A stretch of 64,000 nt of DNA from positions 192,001-256,000 of the forward strand of contig CAVWEH010000001.1 in the NCBI GenBank assembly GCA_963753975.1, in the 5' to 3' direction. The notes beneath the pieces were generated by a model. The model did no database searches, had not been told where the DNA came from, and was given only the letters and a program-made list of their open reading frames with translations. Made by a program: the position numbers and the translations under genes. Shown in pieces: positions 35,751 through 44,401 of this stretch (position 1 is the first letter of the stretch; each line of letters opens with the position of its first letter). Origin of the DNA: an uncultured delta proteobacterium (GTDB lineage Bacteria; Desulfobacterota; Syntrophia; Syntrophales; Smithellaceae).

Positions 35751-36482
35751 TTGGTCATTATCCCGGCAATTGACATCAAAGATGGTAAATGTGTACGGCT
35801 GGCTCAGGGTGATTTTGACCGCGTTACGCTCTATGCGGACAATCCGGTAGAAATAGCGCTTACCTGGGAACGAAAAGGCGCCGAATTGATCCATGTGGTT
35901 GACTTGGACGGTTCTGTCGCTGGTTCACCCCGTAACGAAGCGGTTATCCTGGACATTGTTAAAAAAGTTAATATACCGATTCAGGTTGGCGGCGGTATAA
36001 GAGACATGGAGACAATTGAGTTCTATTTAAAAAATAATGTCTCCAGCGTTATCCTGGGTACAGCAGCACTGCAAAATAAAAAAATAGTCTGCGATGCCAG
36101 CGAGGTTTTTCCCGGGAAAATAATTTTAGGTATTGATGCTTTGGAAGGGAATGTGGCCATTCACGGATGGACACAAAAGACTAGTCAAAATGCAATCGAG
36201 TTGGCTCGGCGTTATGAAAACTGTGGTTTAAAAGCCATTGTTTATACTGATATCAAACGTGACGGCATGGAAACAGGAGTGAATATTGAAGCAACGAAAA
36301 CTTTGGCCGCAGCAATAAATATACCGGTGATTGCTTCCGGCGGTGTGGCAGACATTCGCGATGTGAAAAAACTTCTGGAAGCTGAAGATTCTGAGATTTA
36401 TGGAGTAATTATTGGTCGCGCTCTTTATACGGGTGCGGTTTCTCTGGAAGATGCTATTAGAATAGGGAAAAAAGCCTCTTAA
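35751..36482 (+). CDS. hisA: ProFAR isomerase
   Basis: IIPAIDIKDGKCVRL, HVVDLDG, QVGGGIR, TDIKRDG, IASGG. Confidence 0.96.
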   Translation: MVIIPAIDIKDGKCVRLAQGDFDRVTLYADNPVEIALTWERKGAELIHVVDLDGSVAGSPRNEAVILDIVKKVNIPIQVGGGIRDMETIEFYLKNNVSSVILGTAALQNKKIVCDASEVFPGKIILGIDALEGNVAIHGWTQKTSQNAIELARRYENCGLKAIVYTDIKRDGMETGVNIEATKTLAAAINIPVIASGGVADIRDVKKLLEAEDSEIYGVIIGRALYTGAVSLEDAIRIGKKAS

Positions 36483-36504
36483 TTAAAATAGGGAGGTAAT
36501 ATTT

Positions 36505-36849
36505 ATGTCCGATTGCATATTTTGCAAGATTGTCGAAGGTAAAATTCCCTGCACCAAAATTTACGAAGACGATCAAATGCTGGCTTTTGATGACATTCAT
36601 CCGATGGCGCCGGTACATGTTATCGTCATTCCTAAAAAACACGTTTCTACTCTGATGGACATTGATACAAAAAGCAGTAGTGTAGCCAATTATTTAATTA
36701 ACACTGCTCAAAAAGTGGCGCGGATTAAGGGAATTGCGGCCAGAGGCTTTCGTACAGTCATTAACTGCAATGACGAAGGCGGACAAATTGTTTTTCATTT
36801 ACATATGCACTTACTGGGAGGTAGAAGGCTCCAGGACAAATTAGGCTGA
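36505..36849 (+). CDS. hinT: Histidine triad nucleotide-binding protein
   Basis: CIFCKI, GQIVFHLHMHLLGG. Confidence 0.94.
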   Translation: MSDCIFCKIVEGKIPCTKIYEDDQMLAFDDIHPMAPVHVIVIPKKHVSTLMDIDTKSSSVANYLINTAQKVARIKGIAARGFRTVINCNDEGGQIVFHLHMHLLGGRRLQDKLG

Positions 36850-36867
36850 ATAGAAGGGTGAATAAAA

Positions 36868-37314
36868 ATGGATATAAATACAAAACTAAATCAAGAAATA
36901 GCTCTCGCCGCGAAAGCCAGAGACAAAATCCGTCTCTCCGCAGTTCGTATGCTGAAAACAGCGCTGCATAACAAAGAAATTGACTTGATGCGGCCGTTGA
37001 ACGAAAGCGAAATCTTGCAGACTCTTTCCGCGGTAGTAAAGCAAAGAAAGGATTCCATCGAACAGTTTGCAAAGGGTGGAAGAAATGATCTTGTAGAAAA
37101 AGAAGAGGCGGAATTGAAGGTGGTGCAGGAATTCCTACCAGCACAAATGTCTGATGAAGAAGTAGAAACTCTGATAAAAAAGGCGATGGCAGAAGCCGGC
37201 GCTGTTTCCGTGAAAGATATGGGCAAAGTAATGAAAATCTTGATGCCGCAGCTGACCGGCAAGGCCGATGGCAAAGCAGTGGGCGAAAAAGTGAAAGCGC
37301 TCTTATCTCAGTAA
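36868..37314 (+). CDS. yqeY: GatB/YqeY domain protein
   Basis: KQRKDSIEQF, FLPAQMS, KDMGKVM, GKADG. Confidence 0.93.
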   Translation: MDINTKLNQEIALAAKARDKIRLSAVRMLKTALHNKEIDLMRPLNESEILQTLSAVVKQRKDSIEQFAKGGRNDLVEKEEAELKVVQEFLPAQMSDEEVETLIKKAMAEAGAVSVKDMGKVMKILMPQLTGKADGKAVGEKVKALLSQ

Positions 37315-37362
37315 AAGGTTAAAAAATAGGCAGGATTAATATCCAGTAGGTTAAATATTTAC

Positions 37363-39126
37363 GTGCGTTTTGATGACAATAAGATTGAAGAAATCAAAAG
37401 CAGGGTAGATATCGTTGAGCTGGTCTCCGAATATCTTGCTTTGAAGAAAGCGGGACGGAATTTTATCGGTCTCTGCCCCTTTCATCAGGAAAAAACGGCA
37501 TCTTTCACGGTTAATCGTGAAAAACAAATATTCTACTGTTTTGGATGCGGCGAAGGCGGGAACGTTATCACTTTCCTGATGAAAATTGCCAATAAGACTT
37601 TTCCGGAAGCAATTAAAGATTTAGCGGAAAAAACGGGAGTTATTTTACCGCAGCGGCAAGTAAGCAAAGAAAGCCAGGAAAAAGATAGGCTGCGCGAAAG
37701 CATCACCGGCATTAATTTAACGGCGGCGCATCAATTTACGCGCAATCTACTCTCCCCTTTAGGCAAAGACGCTCGTGAATGCTTGACAAATAGGGGTATT
37801 GCCGAAGAAACCATCAAACAATTCCGGTTGGGCTATGCGCCCGATAGCTGGCGGTCATTGGCAAATTATTTAGAGGGCAGCGGCCTATCCCTGAAATTAG
37901 CCGAGCGAGCGGGCTTGGTTATCGCCGGCAAAGACGAAGGTTTCTACGATCGGTTTCGTGGCCGGCTGATTTTCCCCATTGAAAATATTTTTGGCGAAAC
38001 GGTGGGTTTTGGCGGCAGAGTTCTGGAAAAAGGCGAACCGAAATATCTGAATTCGCCGGAATCGCCGGTTTACAGCAAAGGGAAAATTCTATATGGTTTG
38101 AATAGGACAAAAGAGGAAATCCGCAAGCAGGGTTTTGCTCTTATTGTCGAAGGCTATTTTGATTTGATTTCTCTATGGAATGCGGGTATCGGCAATGTCG
38201 TTGCCACTTTAGGGACAGCACTGACCAGAGAACATATTGAGCTTTTAAGGCGTTACACTCCGGAAGTCGTTGCCCTTTTTGATCCGGATGAAGCAGGGAT
38301 AAAAGCCCTTAACCGCAGCCTCGAATTATTTTTGAGCATGGGAATACGGACGCGGGCGCTGATTTTGCCGGAAGATTGCGATCCGGATGATTATGTAAAA
38401 AGATACGGCAAAGATAAACTTAATGAACTTATTACTCACGCTCCGGCAATAAGTGATTACTATATTGATCATGTTTTGGGCGGCGGAAAGACTTTCGAGG
38501 ATAAACGGGAAATGATAAAAACTGCCATGGAACTTATTAATAAGATCAGCGATAAAAAAGAAAAGGATATTTTTATTAAACGGATAGCGGAAAAAACAGG
38601 CATTAATCAAGAGTTGCTGATAAAAGAAATTTATGAAAATGAAATGCAAATAAGGCCGAAAATTGGGAAAGAAAGACTACGACTTAATATTAATAATGAT
38701 TTAGTGGAAATGCATTTAATTCAGCTTCTGCTGGAGTATCCGCAGAAAACGACTCAGATCGAAAATGAAAATATATTAGGTTTTTTTCTTCAGCCGGAGC
38801 TGAAAATTCTAGGGGGAAAAATTGTTGAAACCTATAAGCTGCTTGGTTTTGTTGATATTAACATCATATTGTCTGCAGATGAAGATAAACCTTTACTCGA
38901 AAGAATACATAAATTAAGAATGGAAACACCGCTGGTTGATGATGTCAAATTAGGGAAGCTTTTTGACGATAATATCCGGCAAATTAAGAAAAAATGGTAT
39001 AAGGATCAACACAAACAAATTAAATTGAAGCTGGGCCAAGCTCAAGAAAGCGGCGATGAAGAGCTTTTGAGCACGCTTCTTCGCGAAAAAGAAAAGTTGC
39101 TAACCAAAGAAAAAGAATTACATTAA
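37363..39126 (+). CDS. dnaG: DNA primase
   Basis: CPFHQEKTAS...CFGC zinc finger, PKYLNSPE, VEGYFD, DPD Toprim motifs. Confidence 0.97.
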   Translation: MRFDDNKIEEIKSRVDIVELVSEYLALKKAGRNFIGLCPFHQEKTASFTVNREKQIFYCFGCGEGGNVITFLMKIANKTFPEAIKDLAEKTGVILPQRQVSKESQEKDRLRESITGINLTAAHQFTRNLLSPLGKDARECLTNRGIAEETIKQFRLGYAPDSWRSLANYLEGSGLSLKLAERAGLVIAGKDEGFYDRFRGRLIFPIENIFGETVGFGGRVLEKGEPKYLNSPESPVYSKGKILYGLNRTKEEIRKQGFALIVEGYFDLISLWNAGIGNVVATLGTALTREHIELLRRYTPEVVALFDPDEAGIKALNRSLELFLSMGIRTRALILPEDCDPDDYVKRYGKDKLNELITHAPAISDYYIDHVLGGGKTFEDKREMIKTAMELINKISDKKEKDIFIKRIAEKTGINQELLIKEIYENEMQIRPKIGKERLRLNINNDLVEMHLIQLLLEYPQKTTQIENENILGFFLQPELKILGGKIVETYKLLGFVDINIILSADEDKPLLERIHKLRMETPLVDDVKLGKLFDDNIRQIKKKWYKDQHKQIKLKLGQAQESGDEELLSTLLREKEKLLTKEKELH

Positions 39127-39163
39127 GAAAGTTAGATAAATAAAAAATTTGGGGTGATGCCGA

Positions 39164-40915
39164 ATGGCTAAAGAACTGCAATCCGATGAATTTAAAAAAT
39201 TACTTTCACTGGGTGAAGAAAAAGGATTTTTAACTTACGATGATGTCAACGATATGTTGCCGCCGGATGTAACCTCTTCGGATCAAATTGATGATATTAT
39301 TATACTTTTTGGAGAAAAAAATATTGATATCATTGATACAGAACAGGGTGAAAAGCTCGTGGTGAAAAAGCCCGCAGAAGATGTTGCGCCTGCTAAATTT
39401 CCGGAGACATTGGCGGCGTTGGTGCCCGGCGCCGGAAAAACTGGAGATCCAGTCAAAATGTACTTGCGCGAAATGGGCTTGGTCTCTCTTTTGAGTAGAG
39501 AAGGGGAAGTGGAAATAGCGAAAAAAATAGAAGAGGGCGCGCGCGAAACGATGTCGGCAATTTTTCGGCTGGCCGTTTCGATTAAAGAGGTTCTCAATCT
39601 TGCCGATAAGCTGCAAACTGGAGAAATTCGAATCAAAAACGTCGTCGATAATATTGAAGATGAAGAAGGTTTTGTCGAAGAGGATGAACATAAAGAGAGG
39701 GTTCTAAAGCTGATTTCCAGGATTAAACTTTTCAATGACAGAAATAACGTTTTGCTCGTTAAACTCAAATCCAAGACTATGCGTAGCAAGAAGCGTGAAT
39801 TGTTAAATGCCGAGTTGGAAAAAAACACGAAGAATATAATTACGCTTTGCCGGAAAATTCGCTTCAGTAAAAAACAAATTTATCGATTTGTTTCCCGTCT
39901 GCGTCACTATAGCGAGGAGATAGAAAGAGCAGAAAAAATTATTGCCCAATATAAAAAGGAAACCAGATTAACCCTTGCTCAATTGGAAAAAGCATGGGCG
40001 AAAATGAAAAGATCGAAGTCTGATGAAAAACGAGCGGCTAAAGAAAATCGTGTTTCCATTGATCTGCTTAAAAAAAGCAAGGTCGCCATAAATGAAGCGC
40101 ACAAAAGAATAAAGCAAATTGTGCGGGAAGTAGGTATACCGACAGCGACCCTGAAAACTGTTGTTAAGTCCATTGACGAAGGTGAACTTAAAGCAGAAAT
40201 AGCTCAAAGGAAACTTGTCGAGGCAAATTTACGCCTCGTCGTAAGCATCGCCAAGAAATACACCAATCGCGGCTTACAGTTTCTTGATCTAATTCAGGAG
40301 GGCAATATCGGCCTAATGAAGGCCGTGGATAAATTTGAGTATCAACGCGGCTATAAATTTTCTACGTATGCGACATGGTGGATTAGACAGGCCATCACAC
40401 GCGCTATTGCCGATCAAGCAAGGACAATAAGGATTCCTGTCCACATGATTGAAACAATCAATAAACTCATCCGCACTTCCCGTTATTTAGTGCAGGAATT
40501 GGGTCGCGAACCTACCCCCGAAGAAATTGCCAATAAAATGGAATATCCGTTGGAGAAAGTAAGAAAGGTATTAAAAATTGCGAAAGAGCCCATTTCCCTG
40601 GAAACTCCTATAGGCGAGGAAGAGGACAGTCATTTGGGCGATTTTATCGAAGATAAAAAGATCATGTCTCCTTCGGAAGCGACGATCAACATGGACCTGG
40701 CGGATCAAACAAGAAAAATATTGTCAACACTTACTCCTCGTGAAGAAAAAGTTTTACGTATGCGTTTTGGCATCAGTGATAGGTTAAACTCTTCGTCGGA
40801 AGACGAAAAAGTGATAGCGGATTTAATGGAAACATTGATAGAAGAGTCTGAAGTTATTGAAGCTCCGGCATCGAAAAAAACTAAGAGCAAATCACGAAAG
40901 CGTTCTTCAAAATAG
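39164..40915 (+). CDS. rpoD: Group 1 sigma70 factor with degenerate region 4.2
   Basis: Regions 1.1, 1.2 ([11 protein letters not shown]), 2 ([29 protein letters not shown]), 3 and 4.1 ([15 protein letters not shown]) intact; HTLEEVG/TRERIRQIE absent in all three frames. Confidence 0.93.
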   Translation: MAKELQSDEFKKLLSLGEEKGFLTYDDVNDMLPPDVTSSDQIDDIIILFGEKNIDIIDTEQGEKLVVKKPAEDVAPAKFPETLAALVPGAGKTGDPVKMYLREMGLVSLLSREGEVEIAKKIEEGARETMSAIFRLAVSIKEVLNLADKLQTGEIRIKNVVDNIEDEEGFVEEDEHKERVLKLISRIKLFNDRNNVLLVKLKSKTMRSKKRELLNAELEKNTKNIITLCRKIRFSKKQIYRFVSRLRHYSEEIERAEKIIAQYKKETRLTLAQLEKAWAKMKRSKSDEKRAAKENRVSIDLLKKSKVAINEAHKRIKQIVREVGIPTATLKTVVKSIDEGELKAEIAQRKLVEANLRLVVSIAKKYTNRGLQFLDLIQEGNIGLMKAVDKFEYQRGYKFSTYATWWIRQAITRAIADQARTIRIPVHMIETINKLIRTSRYLVQELGREPTPEEIANKMEYPLEKVRKVLKIAKEPISLETPIGEEEDSHLGDFIEDKKIMSPSEATINMDLADQTRKILSTLTPREEKVLRMRFGISDRLNSSSEDEKVIADLMETLIEESEVIEAPASKKTKSKSRKRSSK

Positions 40916-40917
40916 TA

Positions 40918-40946
40918 TTGACAAGCTATATATTTGGGTATATCAA
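40918..40946 (+). promoter_or_regulatory. Putative promoter of the tRNA gene
   Basis: TTGACA immediately after the rpoD stop, with TATATC/TATCAA 15-17 bp downstream. Confidence 0.45.
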
Positions 40947-40981
40947 GGCAAGCCCTTATATACATTAGATAAGTAGACGGC

Positions 40982-41057
40982 GGGCCCATAGCTCAATTGG
41001 TAGAGCCACCGGCTCATAACCGGTAGGTCCCTGGTTCGATCCCAGGTGGGCCCACCA
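40982..41057 (+). tRNA. tRNA with CAT anticodon, most likely tRNA-Ile2 (lysidine)
   Basis: 76-nt cloverleaf GGGCCCATAGCTCA...CCGGCTCATAACCGG...GGGCCCACCA; paired G1-C72 and no GGG/CCC anticodon stem (not initiator); position after rpoD as for E. coli ileX. Confidence 0.9.
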
Positions 41058-41208
41058 AACAAACGAGGGAAGAAAACAGTGATAAAAGTCGCAATCATTT
41101 TCGGCAAAGGAAGGCCGAATTTCGCAACCAGTGTTATACCTGCCGTAAAAAAACAAGTAATGTCGTCATTTCACGGCACACGCGGTAAGGTAATAAGCCG
41201 GTATTTTT

Positions 41209-41241
41209 AAAAATGCACCCCTAACAAGGTGCATTTTTTTT
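41209..41241 (+). terminator. Intrinsic terminator
   Basis: AAAAATGCACC-cctaacaa-GGTGCATTTTTTTT. Confidence 0.85.
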
Positions 41242-41352
41242 GTGAGACTACCTTTTCAATAACGAAGCATATAACCTAATAACCTGAAGGTCACGTGAGG
41301 TTACATGTTGAAAAGGGTAAGTCAAGCAATCCCGCTGCAGCAGGTATAATAC
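41242..41352 (+). repeat. Modular palindromic repeat, copy D
   Basis: GTGAGACT-stem-ACGAAG-ATAACCTGAAGGTCAC-stem-GTAAGTC-AAGCAATCCCGC-TATAATAC, the same grammar as copies A-C. Confidence 0.75.
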
Positions 41353-41419
41353 GCCGTCCTTTAAGGCGGAATAAATGTTGATGTTTTAGGGATCCTAATA
41401 ATAAAGAAGGAGAAGATTA

Positions 41420-42139
41420 TTGAAAAGGAATTTATTATCGTTAATTGAACTTCAGGAATGTGATTCGCAATTGGTTAAGCTGCTGACCGGGAAAAAAAAT
41501 CTGCCGGAAAGGCTGGATAAACTCGACACAGAATTCTTAGCATTCAGAGATGAAATCGAACAAAATAAAAAAAAGTATGATCAGCTTAAATCTCTGCACT
41601 CGGATAAAGAAAAAGAAATTAAAAAACTCAATGAAAATAGCGCCAAAGCCAAGGAAAAGCTTCTGGAAGTCAAGAACAATAAGGAATACCATGCTATGCT
41701 TAAAGAGATTGAGGTTATCGAAGCATTATACGGCGATGTTGAAACTGAAATAATTTCCATACTCGAGGAGATGGACAAGGTGTTGCTTCTAGCAAAAAAA
41801 GATGAGGAATCTTTGAATCAGCAAAAGAAGAAATATGAAGAAGACAAGAAGAAGATGAAGGCGGAGCTCAACACAATAGATGAAGATTTTGTGAAGTGGG
41901 AGCAAAAGCGCAATGATTTGAGAAAAAAAATTCCTGGCGATCTTTTGGCCAAATATGAAAAGATCAAAAACAGAAATAACGGCATCGGCGTAATTTCTGT
42001 TTGGAAGGAAGTATGCAACGGCTGCCATATGAATATTCCACCGCAACTTTATAATGAACTGCAAAAGTCGTCGGAGTTAATCAGTTGCCCCAATTGCAAT
42101 CGAATAATTTATTTCCAAAATAGAGAAAAATCGACCTAG
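41420..42139 (+). CDS. Coiled-coil protein with C4-type zinc ribbon
   Basis: Long coiled coil, CNGCHMNIPPQ...CPNCNRI. Confidence 0.92.
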   Translation: MKRNLLSLIELQECDSQLVKLLTGKKNLPERLDKLDTEFLAFRDEIEQNKKKYDQLKSLHSDKEKEIKKLNENSAKAKEKLLEVKNNKEYHAMLKEIEVIEALYGDVETEIISILEEMDKVLLLAKKDEESLNQQKKKYEEDKKKMKAELNTIDEDFVKWEQKRNDLRKKIPGDLLAKYEKIKNRNNGIGVISVWKEVCNGCHMNIPPQLYNELQKSSELISCPNCNRIIYFQNREKST

Positions 42140-42144
42140 AAATT

Positions 42145-42552
42145 ATGGTTGAAGAAAATTACAGGCTGTATAGTGATGGTGCCTGCCGCGGCAATCCGGG
42201 TATTGGCGGCGCCGGCGCCGTGATAACCGACGCCGCAGGAAATGTCGTCTGGGAAGGTAAAGAATTCCTTGGCCATTGTACGAATAATATCGCCGAATAC
42301 AGAGCGCTGATTTTAGGTTTGAAAGGAGCGCTGGCTCAAGGGTATAATAATTTGAAAGTTTATTTGGATTCGGAACTTCTAGCTAGGCAAATTAACGGTT
42401 CATACCGCGTGAAAAACGAAAGTTTAAAAAATTTAATGACGGAGATTCGTAGTCTGCTTTCATCCATGGAATCGGTTCAAGTTAAACACGTCCTGCGTTC
42501 GCACAATAGCCGCGCCGATAAGCTGGCCAATATGGCGATTGATGATCATTAA
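42145..42552 (+). CDS. rnhA: Ribonuclease HI family protein
   Basis: DGACRGNPG, TNNIAEY, DSELL, NSRADKLAN. Confidence 0.93.
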   Translation: MVEENYRLYSDGACRGNPGIGGAGAVITDAAGNVVWEGKEFLGHCTNNIAEYRALILGLKGALAQGYNNLKVYLDSELLARQINGSYRVKNESLKNLMTEIRSLLSSMESVQVKHVLRSHNSRADKLANMAIDDH

Positions 42553-42911
42553 AGTATTAAATGTAAGCCCATTGAAATTCGGGCTTATGGTTTTTCCGTC
42601 TGTTTAGCCGTGATGCATTTGACAACATTATAATTTTTGCGAAGATCGCTTGAAAGAAATCAAAATCAAGAGTAGAATGCATGTCAATGGAATAAGGATA
42701 AAAATAACTGTTGTGTGCAGTGGGAAAAACAAGGGCTAATCAGCAGTTGTTTCAAACTGCAAGTTATTGAAAATTGTTCTTGATTATGCTGTTCATAAAA
42801 ATTAGTATGAACTAGAATGAGAATTTTGTATTGCTCACGGTTAGTACTGCGCCTCACAAGGGTTCGTGTTTTGTTAAAGATTGTCGCTATTGATAAGAAA
42901 AGGAGATCAAA

Positions 42912-43106
42912 ATGAAGAATTTCCCTTTCATCCATTTGATTGCTTTGGTTGTGGGCGGCGTTATTCTTTTCATGGTAAAAAGAAAATATCAGAAGATGCG
43001 GATCATTGAATTAATCATAATATTCATCCTCTACTTTATATTAGTGGCCCTCTTCACAGAGCCGGTGCTAAATCTGACGAGGAAGCTCGTTGGTAAATTA
43101 CAGTAA
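42912..43106 (+). CDS. Small two-TM membrane protein
   Basis: AAGGAG RBS; two hydrophobic segments separated by a basic loop. Confidence 0.7.
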   Translation: MKNFPFIHLIALVVGGVILFMVKRKYQKMRIIELIIIFILYFILVALFTEPVLNLTRKLVGKLQ

Positions 43107-43446
43107 TACTCGCACGTGTAATAAATAAAATGAAAAGCTAACTTTTTTCCACATAGAATGTAACGAAATCACAGTCACATATTCGAAAAAGGAAAAATAA
43201 AAACAAACGTAACCAGACTTGCTAACTGCAGGCGTGTTTGCGTCTGCCGGAAGCAGCCATTTTTCATTTTCCGATTTTTATATCTCTCGAGTTAATCTTT
43301 TTACACTTTTCGTTCATTGGTTTTAATATTTCATTCAAAAGAATGAGTAAAGGCGTAGAGTCTTGGGTGGAGAACTACTCGCGGAAGATTCTGGTATTAT
43401 GTTGTTATTTCTTGTATTATAATAATAGCTAATGCGTACTGTAAAT

Positions 43447-43463
43447 TTGGCATGATAATTTCA
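43447..43463 (+). promoter_or_regulatory. Putative sigma54 promoter, variant -12 box
   Basis: TTGGCATGATAATTTCA: correct -24/-12 spacing but TC instead of GC. Confidence 0.5.
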
Positions 43464-43515
43464 TTAGCATAAGTTAAGCACTTGCCGAAGAAAGAGAATA
43501 AAGGAAGAATAAACC

Positions 43516-43758
43516 ATGCCAACGACAAAAAACAAGCCAAACGGTGAGCAGTTCGTCAAGGTCGGCGAGATATTGATGTTATCGGCTTGGGGGTTTGCGA
43601 TGGTAATATCTTCATTCCTGTTTCTTTATGTCGGTTATCTTGTGGATGAAATTCTGGGAACCACGCCGAACTTCATGCTGGCTTCTTTCTTTCTGGCGAT
43701 CGTTCTTTGTGTTTGGAGGCTTTATCAGGAGGCCTGGAAAAAAAGAAAGGATGTATAA
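43516..43758 (+). CDS. AtpZ/AtpI-family small membrane protein
   Basis: GFAMVISSFLFLYVGYLVDEILGTTPNFML matches the GxxLDxxxGTxP pattern of ATP synthase gene-1 proteins. Confidence 0.8.
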   Translation: MPTTKNKPNGEQFVKVGEILMLSAWGFAMVISSFLFLYVGYLVDEILGTTPNFMLASFFLAIVLCVWRLYQEAWKKRKDV

Positions 43759-43931
43759 CCAACCACTGCCCTGATTTATTTTTAGCAAGCCCCTTAGGCC
43801 AAAACCCAAGAGGAGTTTGTTTACCGGTGAAAGTCAAGATTTGATGTTATGACAAATGTCAAATTAAATTACTTACAGTAAACATATCTTGAAAGAAAAA
43901 ACAATTAAGTGTAAATTTAACAATTAGGCCG

Positions 43932-44296
43932 GAGAAGATCAGATGATCGCTGGCAGAATTTATCTGCCGGAGGAAAGTCCGAGCTCCATAGGGCAGGATG
44001 GTCGCTAACGACGACTGGGGGCAACCCTAAGGAAAGTGCCACAGAAAACATACCGCCAGCGTATGCTGGTAAGGGTGAAAAGGCGAGGTAAGAGCTCACC
44101 GCTTTCCTGGCAACAGGAAAGGCATGGTAAACCCCATCCGGAGCAAGACCAAATAGGAGAACGTTTGAGGGCTGCCCGCTCGATGTTCTCGGGTAGCGTC
44201 GCTAGAGGCGTGAGGCAACTTACGCCCCAGATGAATGATCATCGCCGTGCTGAGGGTAACCTAAACACGGTACAGAACTCGGCTTACGATCTTCTC
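43932..44296 (+). ncRNA. rnpB: RNase P RNA, type A
   Basis: GAGGAAAGTCCGAGCT, GAAAGTGCCACAGAAA, GGTAAACCCC, ACAGAACTCGGCTTA; P1 pairing GAGAAGATC/GATCTTCTC. Confidence 0.97.
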
Positions 44297-44371
44297 TTGA
44301 GCCTTTTATTTACATTCGCCGATTTAACGCTTAGACAAATGTTTACAACAGGAAAGCAAAAATTGAGCAAA

Positions 44372-44399
44372 AAAAGGCCGAATTTAAATTCGGCCTTTT
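44372..44399. terminator. Bidirectional terminator (perfect 28-bp palindrome)
   Basis: AAAAGGCCGAATTTAAATTCGGCCTTTT between rnpB and the convergent Cache gene. Confidence 0.8.
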
Positions 44400-44401
44400 A
44401 A

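Noticed and set aside
40775..40915. rpoD tail as a simple frameshift error (the +1 frame contains KLRHRKKLR)
   Set aside because: That frame has several stops upstream and no frame encodes HTLEEVG or RERIRQ; the in-frame reading aligns better (IEAxA..K....SR).
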